Shown piece after piece: positions 12,900-25,359 of a DNA stretch of 64,000 bases. The translations under genes were made by a program, and so were the position numbers. Position 1 is the first letter of the stretch, and every line of letters starts with the position of its first letter. The DNA lies in NCBI RefSeq assembly GCF_036971445.1, contig NC_091475.1:49042001-49106000 (forward strand), in the 5' to 3' direction. The notes under the pieces were generated by a model, which saw nothing but the letters and a program-made list of their open reading frames with translations, did not search any database and had not been told where the DNA came from. The DNA is from Narcine bancroftii. Lineage: Eukaryota.

Positions 12900-14230
12900 T
12901 AGGGCTCCTTTGTGATGTTGTAAAATTCTGGAGGAAATTGGGTCTCATAGCATCGACATGAGGTAAAGATCTATAACTGATATTATGGGCCTGAGCACTT
13001 CCTTCAGGTTGGAGCAAAACACAGGCAAGGGTAGATAAAAGGGGAAGCATGGGGGGAGTGGGGGAGTGGAGTACAGAGCAACAGAGAAAAGATGTTAATT
13101 GGATAAGAGGATGGGGGGAAAAGGTGAGAATTGAATTAGGGAAGGGGTACTTTTTGGCTCTGAGGGGAAAAAGAGAGAGACGCACACATGGGGAAAGATG
13201 GGGGTGGGGGGGGGGGAAGGCAAGGTAAACAGAAACTGTTCAATTCCACCCAGTTAGACTTTTGCAGGGGTGGCTAACTTAATTTTTTAAAATTTGGACA
13301 TACAACATGGTAACAAGTCATTTCAGCTCACAAGCCCATGCCGTCCAATTGACCTACACTCCAGGGCCAAAATGGCCTGTATGTCTAAATTAAGAATTAA
13401 AAAGTTGGCCTCCCCTAGGTTAGAGGGTGCCCAGGTGGAATATTGAGCACTGTTCCTCCAATTTTGAGTGGTCTCAGACTGGCTGTGCATGAGACCATGG
13501 ACAGATATATCAGCAAGGGAATGGGGCAGGGAAATTAAATGAGTTGTCACAGGGTGATCCACTCTGTTGTGACAGAGCTGAGGTGCTCAATGAAGTGATC
13601 TCCCAGTCTACATCCAGTTTCTCTGATGTAGTGGAGTCAACAAAAGCATTGAATGCAGTAGATGACCCCTGCAGTACATAAGTGAAGTGCTGCTTCACTT
13701 GGAAGGACTGTTTGGAGTATAACTGAACGATGGTGAGGGAGGAGGAAAGTAGAACACCTCCTGCAGTCACAGGGGTAGGTGACAAGGGGGTGATGGTGGA
13801 AAGGGAAAAGTGGACATGGAGGGAAGAGAAGGCAGAGAGGAGAAGGGAAGATGTATTTGGTAGTGGGATCACATAGTAGGTGGAGGAAATGGAGGAGGAC
13901 AAGGATGTGGAGGCTGGTGGGGAGGATAGGTGGGGACAAGGGGAATCCTGCCGATGCATGTGGGGGCAGAGGGGACCAGGGAAGGTATGCATGTTATGGA
14001 GGATATGCAGGTGAGAGCTGAGTTGATGGTGGTGGAGGAGAAGCCATGTTATTTGAAGGAGGACATTTCTGATGATCTGGCATGGAAAGCTTCATCCTGG
14101 GAGCAGGTGTAACAGAGACAGAAGAATTGAGAGAAAGGAATGGAATCTTACAGGGGACAGGGTGTGAAGAATTGTAGTCGAAGTAGCCATAGAAGTTGGT
14201 GGGTTTGCAGATGATGTTTGTCGAAAGCTG
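12900..14230 (-). mobile_element. Penelope-like element remnant (GIY-YIG end), with a SINE fragment inside
   Basis: Frameshifted QSFQVKQHFT / GVIYCIQC motifs in ORFs 13510-13992 and 13637-13939, plus a pyrimidine-rich tail. Confidence 0.7.
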
Positions 14231-14785
14231 GTCTTCAGAGATGGATTTGTGATGTTGGCTGCCTTCTTGAGGCAGCAGCTCATGCAGATGTCTTCAGTGA
14301 TGGGAGTCTGGTTCCTGTGATGGACTTGACTTTTTCTGCCACTTTCTGCATTCCTGGACTCACCTGGTCCCACAAAACCACCAGATTGCTGTGAAAATGG
14401 ATAAGGTTCACTTCTTCCTTACAAAGGGGAAACTCTGGTTTGGTAATGTGACTCCTGTTGCATAGGAATGTAGTCAACTCTTAACTATCCTTCAAAATGG
14501 CCCAGCTAACCATTCAGTGCTTCATTAAGACAAATAAAAAAAACTGGATGGTCAACCCAAGTGCTGAATTCAGACACAGAAAAACCACCAGGCCAGTCAA
14601 CTTAGTGCTCAAAATTTCCAAATTAGCATTAGCTTTCGATAGCCACATTCAGACCTCACAAAGGACATACCAAATTCTTTCTCCCACATCCCAACACAGG
14701 GCAGGTTGTCAGTGTAATAAATTGTCTCCAGTGTGGGTGTGAGGTGATAGGAACATGGAGTGAACAAAATGGGATTAATGCAGGG

Positions 14786-15021
14786 TGTGGTGAAACACAG
14801 TACTGCAGGCATGTCCTCACTGGGCTGGGCAGGCTGGCCCGCCTTCTGTTCCTGTAGCCCCTCCCCATAAAATCCATTAATAAAGACTGAGAGTTCTAGT
14901 CTTTGCCCTCATACCTGCCTGGGACATGAGCCAGCAGCATGTAGAAGAATCTCTGGATTTTCTGATTAATAAAGCCTTTGACCCCTTGCTTCGTGTCTAA
15001 GTGGTCATTGATCACTCTACA
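14786..15021 (+). mobile_element. Solo LTR (236 bp)
   Basis: TG...CA termini, 5-bp TSD CAGGG (14781-14785 / 15022-15026), internal CATAAAA and AATAAA. Inserted in a SINE-tail-like sequence. Confidence 0.8.
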
Positions 15022-15459
15022 CAGGGTTAGTGTAAAGGGTGTTTGGTGGCAACAAGGAATTGTCAGGCCTGTTTCTGAGCTGGATGATTCTGGCTAAAAA
15101 AAAGAGATTCTGTCCTAGTGAAGCTGAAACAAAATGTGTGGTGAATGGTAAACAATGAAAACACCATGAAATTCTTCATAACCATCCACAAGTAATGGAT
15201 CAGGTCAGAAGTTCTGAATTTCTGTCATGTCAAGTTGCAAATAGCACTGGTCCACTGGAGGAGGATGCTTCAACATCATTGTAATCCTCAACACAGCACA
15301 GGACAAAAGCAACGCATAGTTGATCCTTTGACTTTCTCCAGCACAGAAGCCCACTCAGCTAACTCAATAAACTCCACAGGATTTGAAGAAACAGGCAAAA
15401 GAACCAGATAGAACCAATGCAGTGGAATCAGACAACATCCCAGGTTTATTGCAGCTGTG

Positions 15460-15775
15460 TACATCACCCTTCCTACTGCATCTCCAGCTGAGGGTAGTGC
15501 AGCTATGTACACCACCCTCCCTGCTGCATCTCCAGCTGAAACACAATACAGCAAGGTACACCACCCTGCTACTTCTCCAGCCAAGTTGTAGTACAGCAGG
15601 GTATATCACTCTCCCTTCTAAAGTCTCCAGCCAAACTCTAGTTCAGGGTACACCACCCTGCTACTTCTCCAGCCAAGTTCTAGTACAGCAGGGTATATCA
15701 CTCTCCCTTCTAAAGTCTCCAGCCAAACTCTAGTTCAGGGTACACCACCCTGCTACATCTCCATACAAGTTGTAA
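15460..15775. repeat. Minisatellite: ~45-49 bp monomers with a 92-bp higher-order dimer repeated about 2.4 times
   Basis: tacaccaccctgcta recurs at 15557, 15649 and 15741 (period 92). Diverged monomers at about 15460 and 15508. Confidence 0.85.
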
Positions 15776-16069
15776 AGTTTCAGTAAAGTTAAAATGCTGA
15801 CATCCACTCAACAATTTGGAAAAATTCCCCAGGGATGATCTGTCACTTACACCCAGTCCACTCTCATCAGTAAAGGGACAGAATGAGTTATCCAATCAAG
15901 CAGCAGCTACTCTCCAATATCTAGGTTATGAATGAAGTTCGAATGATGTTTATTGTCACGTACATTCAAAGTATAGCTGGTAGGCTCAACTGCATTTATT
16001 TAATGTAATGAGCCTCCCAATAAGACAAATGAGCTGAAAGGTTGTGATAATATGATCACCAAAAGGTGG

Positions 16070-18370
16070 ATGAGAGAAAAGCAGGATTAACAGTTTCCAG
16101 GGTTTTGATATTTCAGGCATGCTGGGATTGGGGAATGGTACAAAGGGCAAGGGGTATTACACTGCTGAACATCAGTAGAGAAACATGGTTGTACTCAGAA
16201 AAGATGTCCTGGACAAATGGGCCAATGAGGATAAATGGGCGGTGCTTAGTAATACAATAGATCACCTTGAAAGTAAACAATAGGCTTCCCACTAGTTTGC
16301 AGGAATTAGAACAGGTGTAGGAACATCTCAATAGTGTAAACAAAAACTGTAGTACAAATGTTTTTTTTAAACTTTCTCATTATTGACTGCAACTGTCTTG
16401 ATGCAAGGGGCTTATACAGAGAATTTATAAATTGCATCCTAGTGAGGTTTTTTTTTAAAAAAGCGTGTGCAGAGTCCATCGAGGGAATGGGATGGGCATG
16501 GGGAAGTGGTAGAAGGGTCTGTGGTGAAACAATGACCATAATTCAGTATGTTTCAAAAGGTATGCATGGAAAAAGATAATCCCAGAGTTAGGGTCTTAAA
16601 TTGGAGATGGCAGGGGAGTGGTGGAAGAGAACAATTTCAATAGATTAAGACAGAACCTGGTGAAAGTAGATGAGGAAGAGCTACTCCAGGGAAAAACATT
16701 CACTAAGTTGGAAGTGTTTAGATGTTAGTCAGATTAGAAAACCAAAAATAAAAGAAGTTGAAAGTTTGATCCAAAAAGAGAAAGAAACATGTCAAGTATA
16801 AGCATTCATATCAAATGATGCATGTCCTATAAAGTTTAATCGGGATATACAGGAACCAAAAGTGAAAGGGAGCATGAAAAGGCCTTCATTACTAGGACCA
16901 ATGAGAATCATAAAACCCTAAAGTATATTAGAAGCAAGAGGGTATGAGATCACCTTAGGAACCAAAGGGGAAATCTGTGTTGCCAAGGGGCACAAGCAAG
17001 ACTCTAAATTACTATTTTTCTTGATATTCTTCAAGGTGGTTGAAGGATGCAGAGGGACATAGATCCACTGGAAAGCTGAGTAGAGCAGGGGATGCATTAT
17101 AGAGAGTGAAGAGAAAAGGGGAGTACTCTAATGCTTTGGAACCAGTGAATCAGGAAGTGGTAGAGATATTGGCATACATTAAGGTGCACAAATCCCCAAA
17201 GCTTGATAGATTCTATCCTGGGGGAGTGTTGGGAAAATGAGGTTGTTGGGTCTCTGCAGTAAGTGATGTACAGAAGATAGGAGAGCAAATGTTCATTTAA
17301 TCAGAAATGGCAGTTTGGATGAGCAAGAAACAAAGGAAAATGCAGACATTCCTGCATTGGCAGGAACTTTTGAGAAAAGATTCCAAGGTAAACAATTTAT
17401 CTTCAGTTGGAAAGAATTGGCATGGTTTTGTGGAGGGGAAAATCCTGTCACAAAAAAAAAGACAGTTTACATGGACTTTAGCAGGGCTTTTTTCAAGGCC
17501 TCATACCAGAGGCTGGTCCAGAAAGCTAAAGCACATGATATCTTAGGAATGCTGGCAAACAGGATCCAAATTTGGCTCAAAGATAGAAGGCAGAGGATTT
17601 TTCCTCTGAATGGAAGTACCTAACTAGTGGTTTGACACAGGATTGGTGCTAGGACCTTTACTCTTGATATAGAAAAACTCTGTTGAGAATTAGCCTGGTT
17701 AGAAAGTTTGCTGATGACAAAACCTGCTGGAGTCATTGATAATGAAGGTGGTTGAAGGATGCAGAGGGACACAGATCTGCTGAAAGGTTAGGCAGAGCAG
17801 GAGATGCATTATGGGTCATCTAATCCTGCCAGGACTGTAAACAGCACAGGGCAAAGGAATGTTGTGGAAAAACCTTGGGGTTCAAAAAAATGGCACATGG
17901 GTAGATAGTACAGAAGGCAGTATTTAGTACATTTGCCTTGAAATGCTGAGGCATTGGGGTTGGGATATCATGGTGCAACTGCACAAATCACTGTTAGACA
18001 CACCTGGAGTAATGTGCCCAGTTCTAGTCATTACACCAAAGGATGTGGTAGCGTTAGAAAAAGTGTACAAGCAATTCACCAGGATGATGTGAAATAAAGG
18101 GTTCAGTGACAAGGAGATGGAGCCTGGTTTGTTTTCAATGAAGCACAAGGCTGAGGGGATAAGGCAAGAGGAAAGGTTTAAAAAACCCAAAGTGCAAATT
18201 TTAACCTCTAGAGATTGGTAGTTAGCCCAAATGAACTGCCAAAGCAGTAAAGGTGGATACAATTGCAATTTAAAAAGGTATTTGGATGGGTACTCTGATA
18301 GGAAACAGTCAAATAGGATTAGAGTCAGCATGCACAATTTGGACTGAAGGCCCAGCTTCTGCTCTATAAT
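16070..18370 (+). mobile_element. Old, heavily decayed CR1 LINE
   Basis: Remnants MDFSRAF...LVQKAKAH (ORF 17315-17623), aagtttgctgatgaca (KFADD) at about 17705, and a CR1-like 3' end. Confidence 0.7.
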
Positions 18371-18779
18371 TTGGATAACATTCACACGTAGGCCAAATGC
18401 CACAATACCAAATTCAATGGTATAACCATAAACAAGCCCCAACCACCAATAACCCAGAAAGGTCAGGGAAGTGGGGAAGGAAGCTGCAGGGTATGGAAGA
18501 GGGTCATTAAAGACCTGCAATAATGCATTTAGAGGTCATAATCTGAATATCCTGTCCCAATCAACTCACCTTCTGCCATCCCAAAGGCCTTTACACCAGT
18601 TCCAAAATGTGTTAGATGGCATCTTCTGTTCAGGAACAGTGCAGTTCTAAACCATCCAAATGAAGCAGTTAACTTGATTAACATCCCTCACACACCCCAC
18701 CACCTCCTATGGGACTGTGACGTTTGTGTAAGGTAGCTATACATTTGAAACTGGACATTTGTAATTTGATTTATGCAGT

Positions 18780-20280
18780 GAGAAATGAGGATCTCAATAC
18801 AATTGTCATCACTAAAGAGGTAGTGCTGGGCAAACTGGAGAGTCTAGGTAGGTACATCCCCTGGCTCTGATTAAATGCATCCCAGGGTATTGAAAGAAAT
18901 GGTAGAAGTTACAGTGTCAATTTAAGAACATTCTCTGGCCAGGTCCGAGGAGATTGAAAGACAGCAAGTATCATACTAATGTGTCAAAAGGGATGTAGGC
19001 AAAAGGCAGGCAGCTCTCGGCCAGTTAGCTTCACATTTGCAGACAGGATGATGCTTGAAACTATTAAGAAACAAACACATCTGGATAGAAATCTTTCCAT
19101 CAGACAGCTGCAGTGTGGATTTAGGAAGGGCAAGCCTTGTTTAACAAATTTACTCATGTTCTTTGAGGATGTAATAGTGCAGTGAGCAGAGGAGAACATG
19201 TGGATACTATATACTTCAATTTCCAGAAGGTAGTCAACAAGGTGTTGCACAAAACACATCCATAAGGATGTATGGAGTTGGGACAATATTTTAGGTATGG
19301 ATAGAGGATTGGTTAACTGATAGAGGGCAGAGAGGTGAGATGAATGGGTGCTTCTCTGGTTGGTAATCAGTGGTGAATAGTGACATAGGGGGTTGGCCAC
19401 TGGGTCCAAATGCTCACAATATACACTAATGATTTCAAAGAGGGAACCAAGTGTAGTGCAAAGTTTATTGATGGCACTGAAGTGAATGGAGAAGCAGAGA
19501 GATAGAGATAGGTTAAGTGAGTGGGTAAGGTTTGGCAGTTGGAGTGAGTGCATTGGTAAATATGAGTTTATCCACAATGAAAGGAAAAACAGATCAGGTT
19601 ATTATTGAAATGGTGAAAGATTGCAGGTGAACAAATCACAAAATATTGGCTTGCTGCCTTTATTAACTGTTGCACCTGCAAATGGATTGCTGGCCCTCAT
19701 TGCTATAGTGACTGAATTTTAGAGCAGGGAGGTTATGCTACATCTGTATAGGGTACTTGATGCCACATCTGGAGTACTGCACAAAGTTCTGGTCCCCTTA
19801 CTTGAGAAGCCACATACAGCTTTGGACGTGATGTAGGGGTGGTTCATCAGGTTGATTCTAGGGCCAAAGGGATTAGTTTCCAAGGAGGGAGAGTTGCCTG
19901 GAAAAACACATACTAGAATCCAGAAGAATCAGGGGATCTTATGGAAACAAAAATATGAAGGGAATAGCAGGAGGCAAGTTGTTTCCACTGGTAGGTGAGA
20001 CTAGAACTAGGGGGATATCCTCAAGATTTGGGGTGTAGATTTAAGACAGAAATAAGGAGGAACTATTCTCTTCACCCCTCCCCCCCCACAGCAGTAAGTC
20101 TGCAGAATCTTTTGTCCAAGGAAGCAGCAAAGACTGCCTCAAACTATATAAAAGGCAAACTTTGCACGGTAGGAGAAAAGATGGTTATGGGGAAGGCAGC
20201 CAGATCAGCCTTGTTAAATGGAAAAGCAGGCTTGTTAGGCCAGATGGCAGACTCTTAACCCCCATTCCTTATGTTCCGAC
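18780..20280 (+). mobile_element. Decayed CR1 LINE
   Basis: RPVSFT and GFRKGKPCLTNLLMFFED (ORF 18979-19185), and a CR1 3' tail near 20240-20280. Confidence 0.8.
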
Positions 20281-20499
20281 CATCAGTGGAGAACGAGATC
20301 AAACCTTTCGTATTTTCTTTTCAGCCAGCAAATGCAAGTATAACCTTGGACAAATTCTGAAGAGTCAAATGGCAGTCTTGTGATTGAAGTTAGACAATAA
20401 TCAAGGTATATAGCACAAAAAGCCCTTCAGCCCAATGAACCAATACTAACAATGCTCCTTCCCTTCCACCACCATCAACTTGGCCATCCTCAGGACAGG

Positions 20500-21345
20500 T
20501 TTCCCTTGCCCACACTGACCACTCCACCAGCCTCTGCAATTTCTGCCACTTACAATGCAATCCCACCACCAGATAAATTTTCCTCTTCCTTTCCATTTCT
20601 GCAGGGATCACTCTCTCATCCACCTATCCCTTCCCACTAATCACCTCCTTGGTACCTACCTAGCCCCTTGTCTGCAGAAAAGGCTACACTTGCACACAGA
20701 GCTCCTCCTTCACCACTATTTAGAACCCCTTCCACGCAAAGCAACACTTGGAAATCTGCAGGAGTTATCTTCTGCAACCGTGCTCCCATTGAAGCTTCCT
20801 CTACATCAGAAAGACTAAACGCAGACTGGGAGATTGCTTCATTGAGCATCTTTACTCTGTCTACAATAGTATTGGGTATCTTCCAATGGACACCCTTTTC
20901 AATACCAACACATCAGTCCACGGCCTCATGCATTGCCCAACTGAAACCACCAACACCACCTTGCATCCTTTGTGGACACCCTCCAACTAGAGAGCAGCAA
21001 GATCAAGCTCGTTTCTGTTAGTGCCCCTCCCCAATTTATCTTGTCCCCTACCCCACATCCCCATTCCTTCAGCTCTTCTCCCCTTGTTTCTTTCCCTACT
21101 CCTCCATCTTTGCATTCAGTGATAATACCACCCCCCCCCCCCCCATATCAAATCTCAGCTTTTCTCTCCTGCCCTCATATCCATGTCTACTATGTTCTCT
21201 TGGCCTGTGCTCCTCCCTCTACCTTTTGATCCAGGCACCTGCCTTCTTTTTGCTCACTCCTTGAACAGCCCAGGCCAAAAACATTTGTTTTACATCTTTA
21301 CCTCCTCTTGAGGCTGCAGGACCTGTGGAGTTTCTCCAGCAATTG
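20500..21345 (+). mobile_element. Penelope-like element remnant
   Basis: Same family as 12900-14230 in the opposite orientation (ctgcaggagttatcttctgca; gactgggagattgcttcattgagcatc). Confidence 0.65.
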
Positions 21346-21349
21346 TGTT

Positions 21350-21870
21350 TCAAGATTCAATTTATTGTCATTGTAATAAAACAGTCATATTACATGAAAT
21401 TTCTTTTGCCCACTGCAATGCAGATAGATTCACCATCAGCAGAAATTGCTTGAAGCACTTCCTTACAGTCAGAGAAAGGAGTTCTCCCTCCTCCCTTCCC
21501 CCATCACTGTATGTCCGTAGATTCACTTCAAGCACTTCTGTAGCCGGAGTCCAGTCCAAATACTTGGCAACTTGCACTTCAGATCAGAACCTCCAACAGT
21601 CAGTAACCCTTCAGCACCTTAACCCAGTTCTGATACCTTGTACCCCTTCAGCCAGTTTCCAACAGTCTGCAGCCTGGCGCGAAAGTCACCAGCAGCTCGC
21701 CACATGCATTGGTTTTTCAGCCGCAGAACCCCCCTAACTGGTCAGCCACCATGGGTCGTCTCCTCTGCTTCTTTCTCAAGACGGGGTGGGGGGGGGGAGG
21801 GGAAATGATCTTCCCATTTCCTGATGCCCTCCACTCCCTTGGAGTCTGCACCACCATCTTTAACAATCAA
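21350..21870 (-). repeat. Non-autonomous interspersed repeat with an L2/Rex-like tail (related copies about 31780-32500 + and 56029-56058/62149-62600 -)
   Basis: Shared blocks such as cttacagtcagagaaa and a 3' end atgacaataaa...aatcttg; no coding signal. Confidence 0.55.
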
Positions 21871-22244
21871 TCACACATTTACACCACTAAAATTCCCATC
21901 TCCAGTTTCTACCACTCACTTACAAAAGTGGCAAGTTGCAAAGTTACAATGGCCAATTAACTTAGCAACCCTCTTGCCTTTGGGATGTGGAAAGAAATTT
22001 ATGTGCATGGGGAATTGTGTAAACTCCATGAACAGCCATGGTCAAGATTGAAGCTGTTTCCCTGGTGGAGGGAGGCAGTGGCTCCATTTTTCTTTCCTTC
22101 AAGTCCATCCACGTGGAGCATTCAGGACAAACCACTATTCAGCTCCATCACTGCTTCAGTCTTGATAATTGTCCATTATCATTTTGCAGCCTGGAACATC
22201 CTTAAGAAAACTGTTAATCAATGCCAGATCTTGAAGATACACAA

Positions 22245-22250
22245 TTTATT
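22245..22250 (-). terminator. Candidate UPK1B polyadenylation signal AATAAA (second candidate at 22495-22500)
   Basis: TTTATT on the + strand about 900 nt past the stop, at the end of an AT-rich repeat-free stretch consistent with a 3'UTR. Confidence 0.5.
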
Positions 22251-23149
22251 AAAAATTAATGCTTCAATACATTAACAGATTATACAGAAGCCTGGCAATG
22301 TACATTACATATTTAATACTCATGATCTGCTTACCAGTGAAAAGATACAAGTACAACCTCCAAATTTACCTTCAATTTCCAATTCAATAACTTGTGCTTA
22401 AATAAGTTCACTATCTCTCCATGCATCTAATTGTACTTTCCAGTTTATATGTAGCTGACAGCACATACAAAACACTGCAACTTCTGCCACTAATTTTATT
22501 GTTCCATCATTACTTAAGTGAAAAGCACAGTAAACAGTCTTTTTAAAAAAGTTACAAATCTATTCAAGTAACAGAAATGGCTCGAAAGAGAACTAGAATT
22601 TTATCCACAATTATGCAGACTTCAAGGAGCAAGTTTCTTTCCAAAACAATCACAGAAAAGCAATGTCTAATATAACTAGTTTATATTAAAAAAATCCAGG
22701 CACTGTTCAAAAAGCCACTAAAGAGATGTCCATTCACAATTCCAGGAAGGCCAACGTGTACATTAATTAGTCAAATAACTCACTTTGAATGCTGGCCAAA
22801 ATGTGTTTTTTTAAATTAAAATGGGCAAGACACAGAGAAAAATATCCCATTTTCAGCAGTTCAATTTTTCATGACAGGTTATAGCAGCACACGTGAGCAA
22901 GTTGATATTCACGATTCTATATATAATAAAAGGACAGCAATGTTGATTGACAAGAACCTAGGCAGGAACTACAACTATTTCAAGATCAATTACAAAATCT
23001 TTCTTCAGGCCATGATGCAGGAGAGAGACAAGAAATTTAATACAAGACCAGGCTACATTTCCCAATACGTCACAGGAACAGTTCTCCTCAGTATTGTCAA
23101 GTGGTAGACAGTTGGAAATCATTCAACTCAAATCCATTGCAAGTCCAAT

Positions 23150-23200
23150 TCAATTCTTCAGTATAGCATAGTAGTACATTGTTCCAATGAGGACAAAAAA
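23150..23200 (-). CDS. UPK1B: Uroplakin-1b last coding exon (FFVLIGTMYYYAILKN*)
   Basis: Acceptor tttgtttcAG; 51 nt to TGA (23152-23150). Total CDS is 783 nt = 260 aa plus stop. Confidence 0.93.
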   Translation of the reverse strand, partial: FFVLIGTMYYYAILKN

Positions 23201-23657
23201 CTGAAACAAAGAAGTCACTTTATATTATTTGACAATTCAAACTCATTATTCAGATTAAAGTACCATTGTCAGAGGGATTAAATCTAGAACAGGGAGAACT
23301 ATTCCACTCATCTCTTGAGATTGTGCAAACATGCTCCCTAAAGTGGAAGTTAAAAACCTAAAGATAGCTTTTTCACAAATCTTCTACTCAATCATTGTTC
23401 TAGATTGTTTTGTAGATGGGTATTGACTGAAACGCTGTCCTCACTCAAAAGTCTATCCACTGAACATTTGTTGAGTTATTCTTAGAGGGCAGAGGAATGG
23501 AGTTTTAAAGAAAAAAAATCTGATTTGCAAATTCAATAGAGTAACAAGTAGCAGTCAGATTAAAGTAATGGAGCAAGAAGACTATTGGAAAGTAATACAC
23601 AAATTGTAAGTTATTGAGAATGAACAAGTGAACAATGCAATGAAGATAGAGACTTAC

Positions 23658-23741
23658 CGTCCAACAAAGGATGGCAAAACCAAACCATGCTACGCCCCAA
23701 GCATGTCTATTTAGAGGTCCAGAGATAAATTCAAAGCATCC
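23658..23741 (-). CDS. UPK1B: Uroplakin-1b coding exon 6 (GCFEFISGPLNRHAWGVAWFGFAILCWT; TM4)
   Basis: Manual translation. Acceptor gtttttAG, donor GTAAGT, 84 nt. NRHAWGVAWFGFAILCWT matches mammalian UPK1B as recalled. Confidence 0.97.
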
Positions 23742-23979
23742 CTAAAAACATTGCAAACCATTACATAATGCATCTGTTTGCTCAAATCAAATATTTGATC
23801 AAGCTGGAGAATCTCAGCAAGTTAGGCAGCATCCATGGAGAGAAATGGACCCAAAAAAATTGACTATTTCTTTCTAGGGCTGCCCCTTGACCTACCAAGC
23901 CTCTCCAACTTCTCAATGTTTGCCCTTAAAATTAAAAATGCTTTTCACAAATAGAGCAATCAAATTTCCATAACTTTAC

Positions 23980-24159
23980 CTGATTATAAACAAATCCATC
24001 AATACCAAGCTTGCATCCATCTTCACTTCTGATCAAGCCAAATGAGTCTGTGGCACAACACTGTCGAGGCCAGGGGAAGTCAGAGTCGGAATGGGTTGAT
24101 CTGAATGCAGAATCATACCGAATCCAATCTGTAGGTCCATTTACACCACAACAATTGTT
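23980..24159 (-). CDS. UPK1B: Uroplakin-1b coding exon 5 (NNCCGVNGPTDW...PWPRQCC...GCKLGIDGFVYNQ; tetraspanin CCG loop)
   Basis: Within ORF 23932..24177. Acceptor ctttgcAG, donor GTAAAG, 180 nt. Carries the tetraspanin CCG and PxxCC motifs. Confidence 0.97.
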
Positions 24160-24396
24160 CTGCAAAGAATGAAACAATATACTTCAGATCTAGGTGCTTG
24201 AAGAGAAAGCAGTCCAATTACAGTATTTCAGATTTCTGACCAGCCCAACAATGATTGCTTCATTAACGGTATTCAGGCTATTCCTTGCACACAACACCTC
24301 CAGAAGCATTTTCTATTCTTAATATTTGTTATTCCATCCAAATACAACTTATTGCTACCTCACTGAGTGTTTCCCACCCCTCCCTTGCTTACTTAC

Positions 24397-24519
24397 ATCA
24401 AGCATGATGCGATTCCAAGCATTGGTGAGGTCTACGAAGTTTCTAAACTGAGCTTGATTTTGCCAGTTTCTGTTGGAATACATCTGCAGCATTTGTTTGA
24501 GGAAGAAATTTGGAACAAG
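24397..24519 (-). CDS. UPK1B: Uroplakin-1b coding exon 4 (LVPNFFLKQMLQMYSNRNWQNQAQFRNFVDLTNAWNRIMLD; EC2 helices)
   Basis: Manual translation. Acceptor tttttctttAG, donor GTAAGT, 123 nt. Contains PNxFLKQML and WxRxML motifs. Confidence 0.95.
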
Positions 24520-25359
24520 CTAAAGAAAAATAGATGGTGAAAAGTAAATTTGTACATTCAGATCTGAAACAATTCCCATCCCCTCCGAATAATTTCCAAA
24601 CAACTTAAAACATTTTTGATTTTTGTTAAATTTAGAGATACAGCTCAGTTGCAGGCCCATCTGGCCCATGAGCCTGTGTTGTCCAGCTTCAAATCCAGGG
24701 CACAGATACTGTATTAGCATTTTGCTAACCACTTCACTAACCATTTATAATTTTTTTCCTCAAAAGGATGGAAAAACTAGTTTAATGTGGAAACTTGTCA
24801 AAACCTGTGCCTACCTAGAAGGACCACTGGAAAATTGGAATAAACTTTATTAAAGTTTATTTTGCATTAAATCAAACTTTATAGTCCAATCTCCAATTTA
24901 AAGGTTGATACAAATAAACAAGAGAAATCTAGGGCCTTTAAGACCTGGCTAGAACACGACAACAATTATGGAATGAAGATTTCTGTATATTGCAGTAAAA
25001 CCAAAGTTTGTTTGATTTATTTTCAATAACATTTTAAGTTAAACACCACTGATTTAGACACAAATCTAGAATACAATTTTAATGATGGATATACAACTTA
25101 AAATGTTGTTTCTCTTTTCCAAAAATCACTGTGCAATTTGATAATCTCCAGCTTTGAATTTTTCATTATAAACTTTATAATATGGATTTAGAGGATTTCA
25201 CTCAAGACCCAAGCAGGCAAATACTCAATATTTCAAACAACATGCAGTCAAAATGAAGAATAATCAAAAATTAAAACATCAATATCCATAATATATTAAC
25301 AATACAAATATCAATTTATGTCGATAAGTGAGAAAAAAGTTAACATGTGATTCAATTAT

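Noticed and set aside
15460-15775. CRISPR-like appearance of the repeated units
   Set aside because: Eukaryotic DNA, contiguous tandem units with no unique spacers, and no cas genes.
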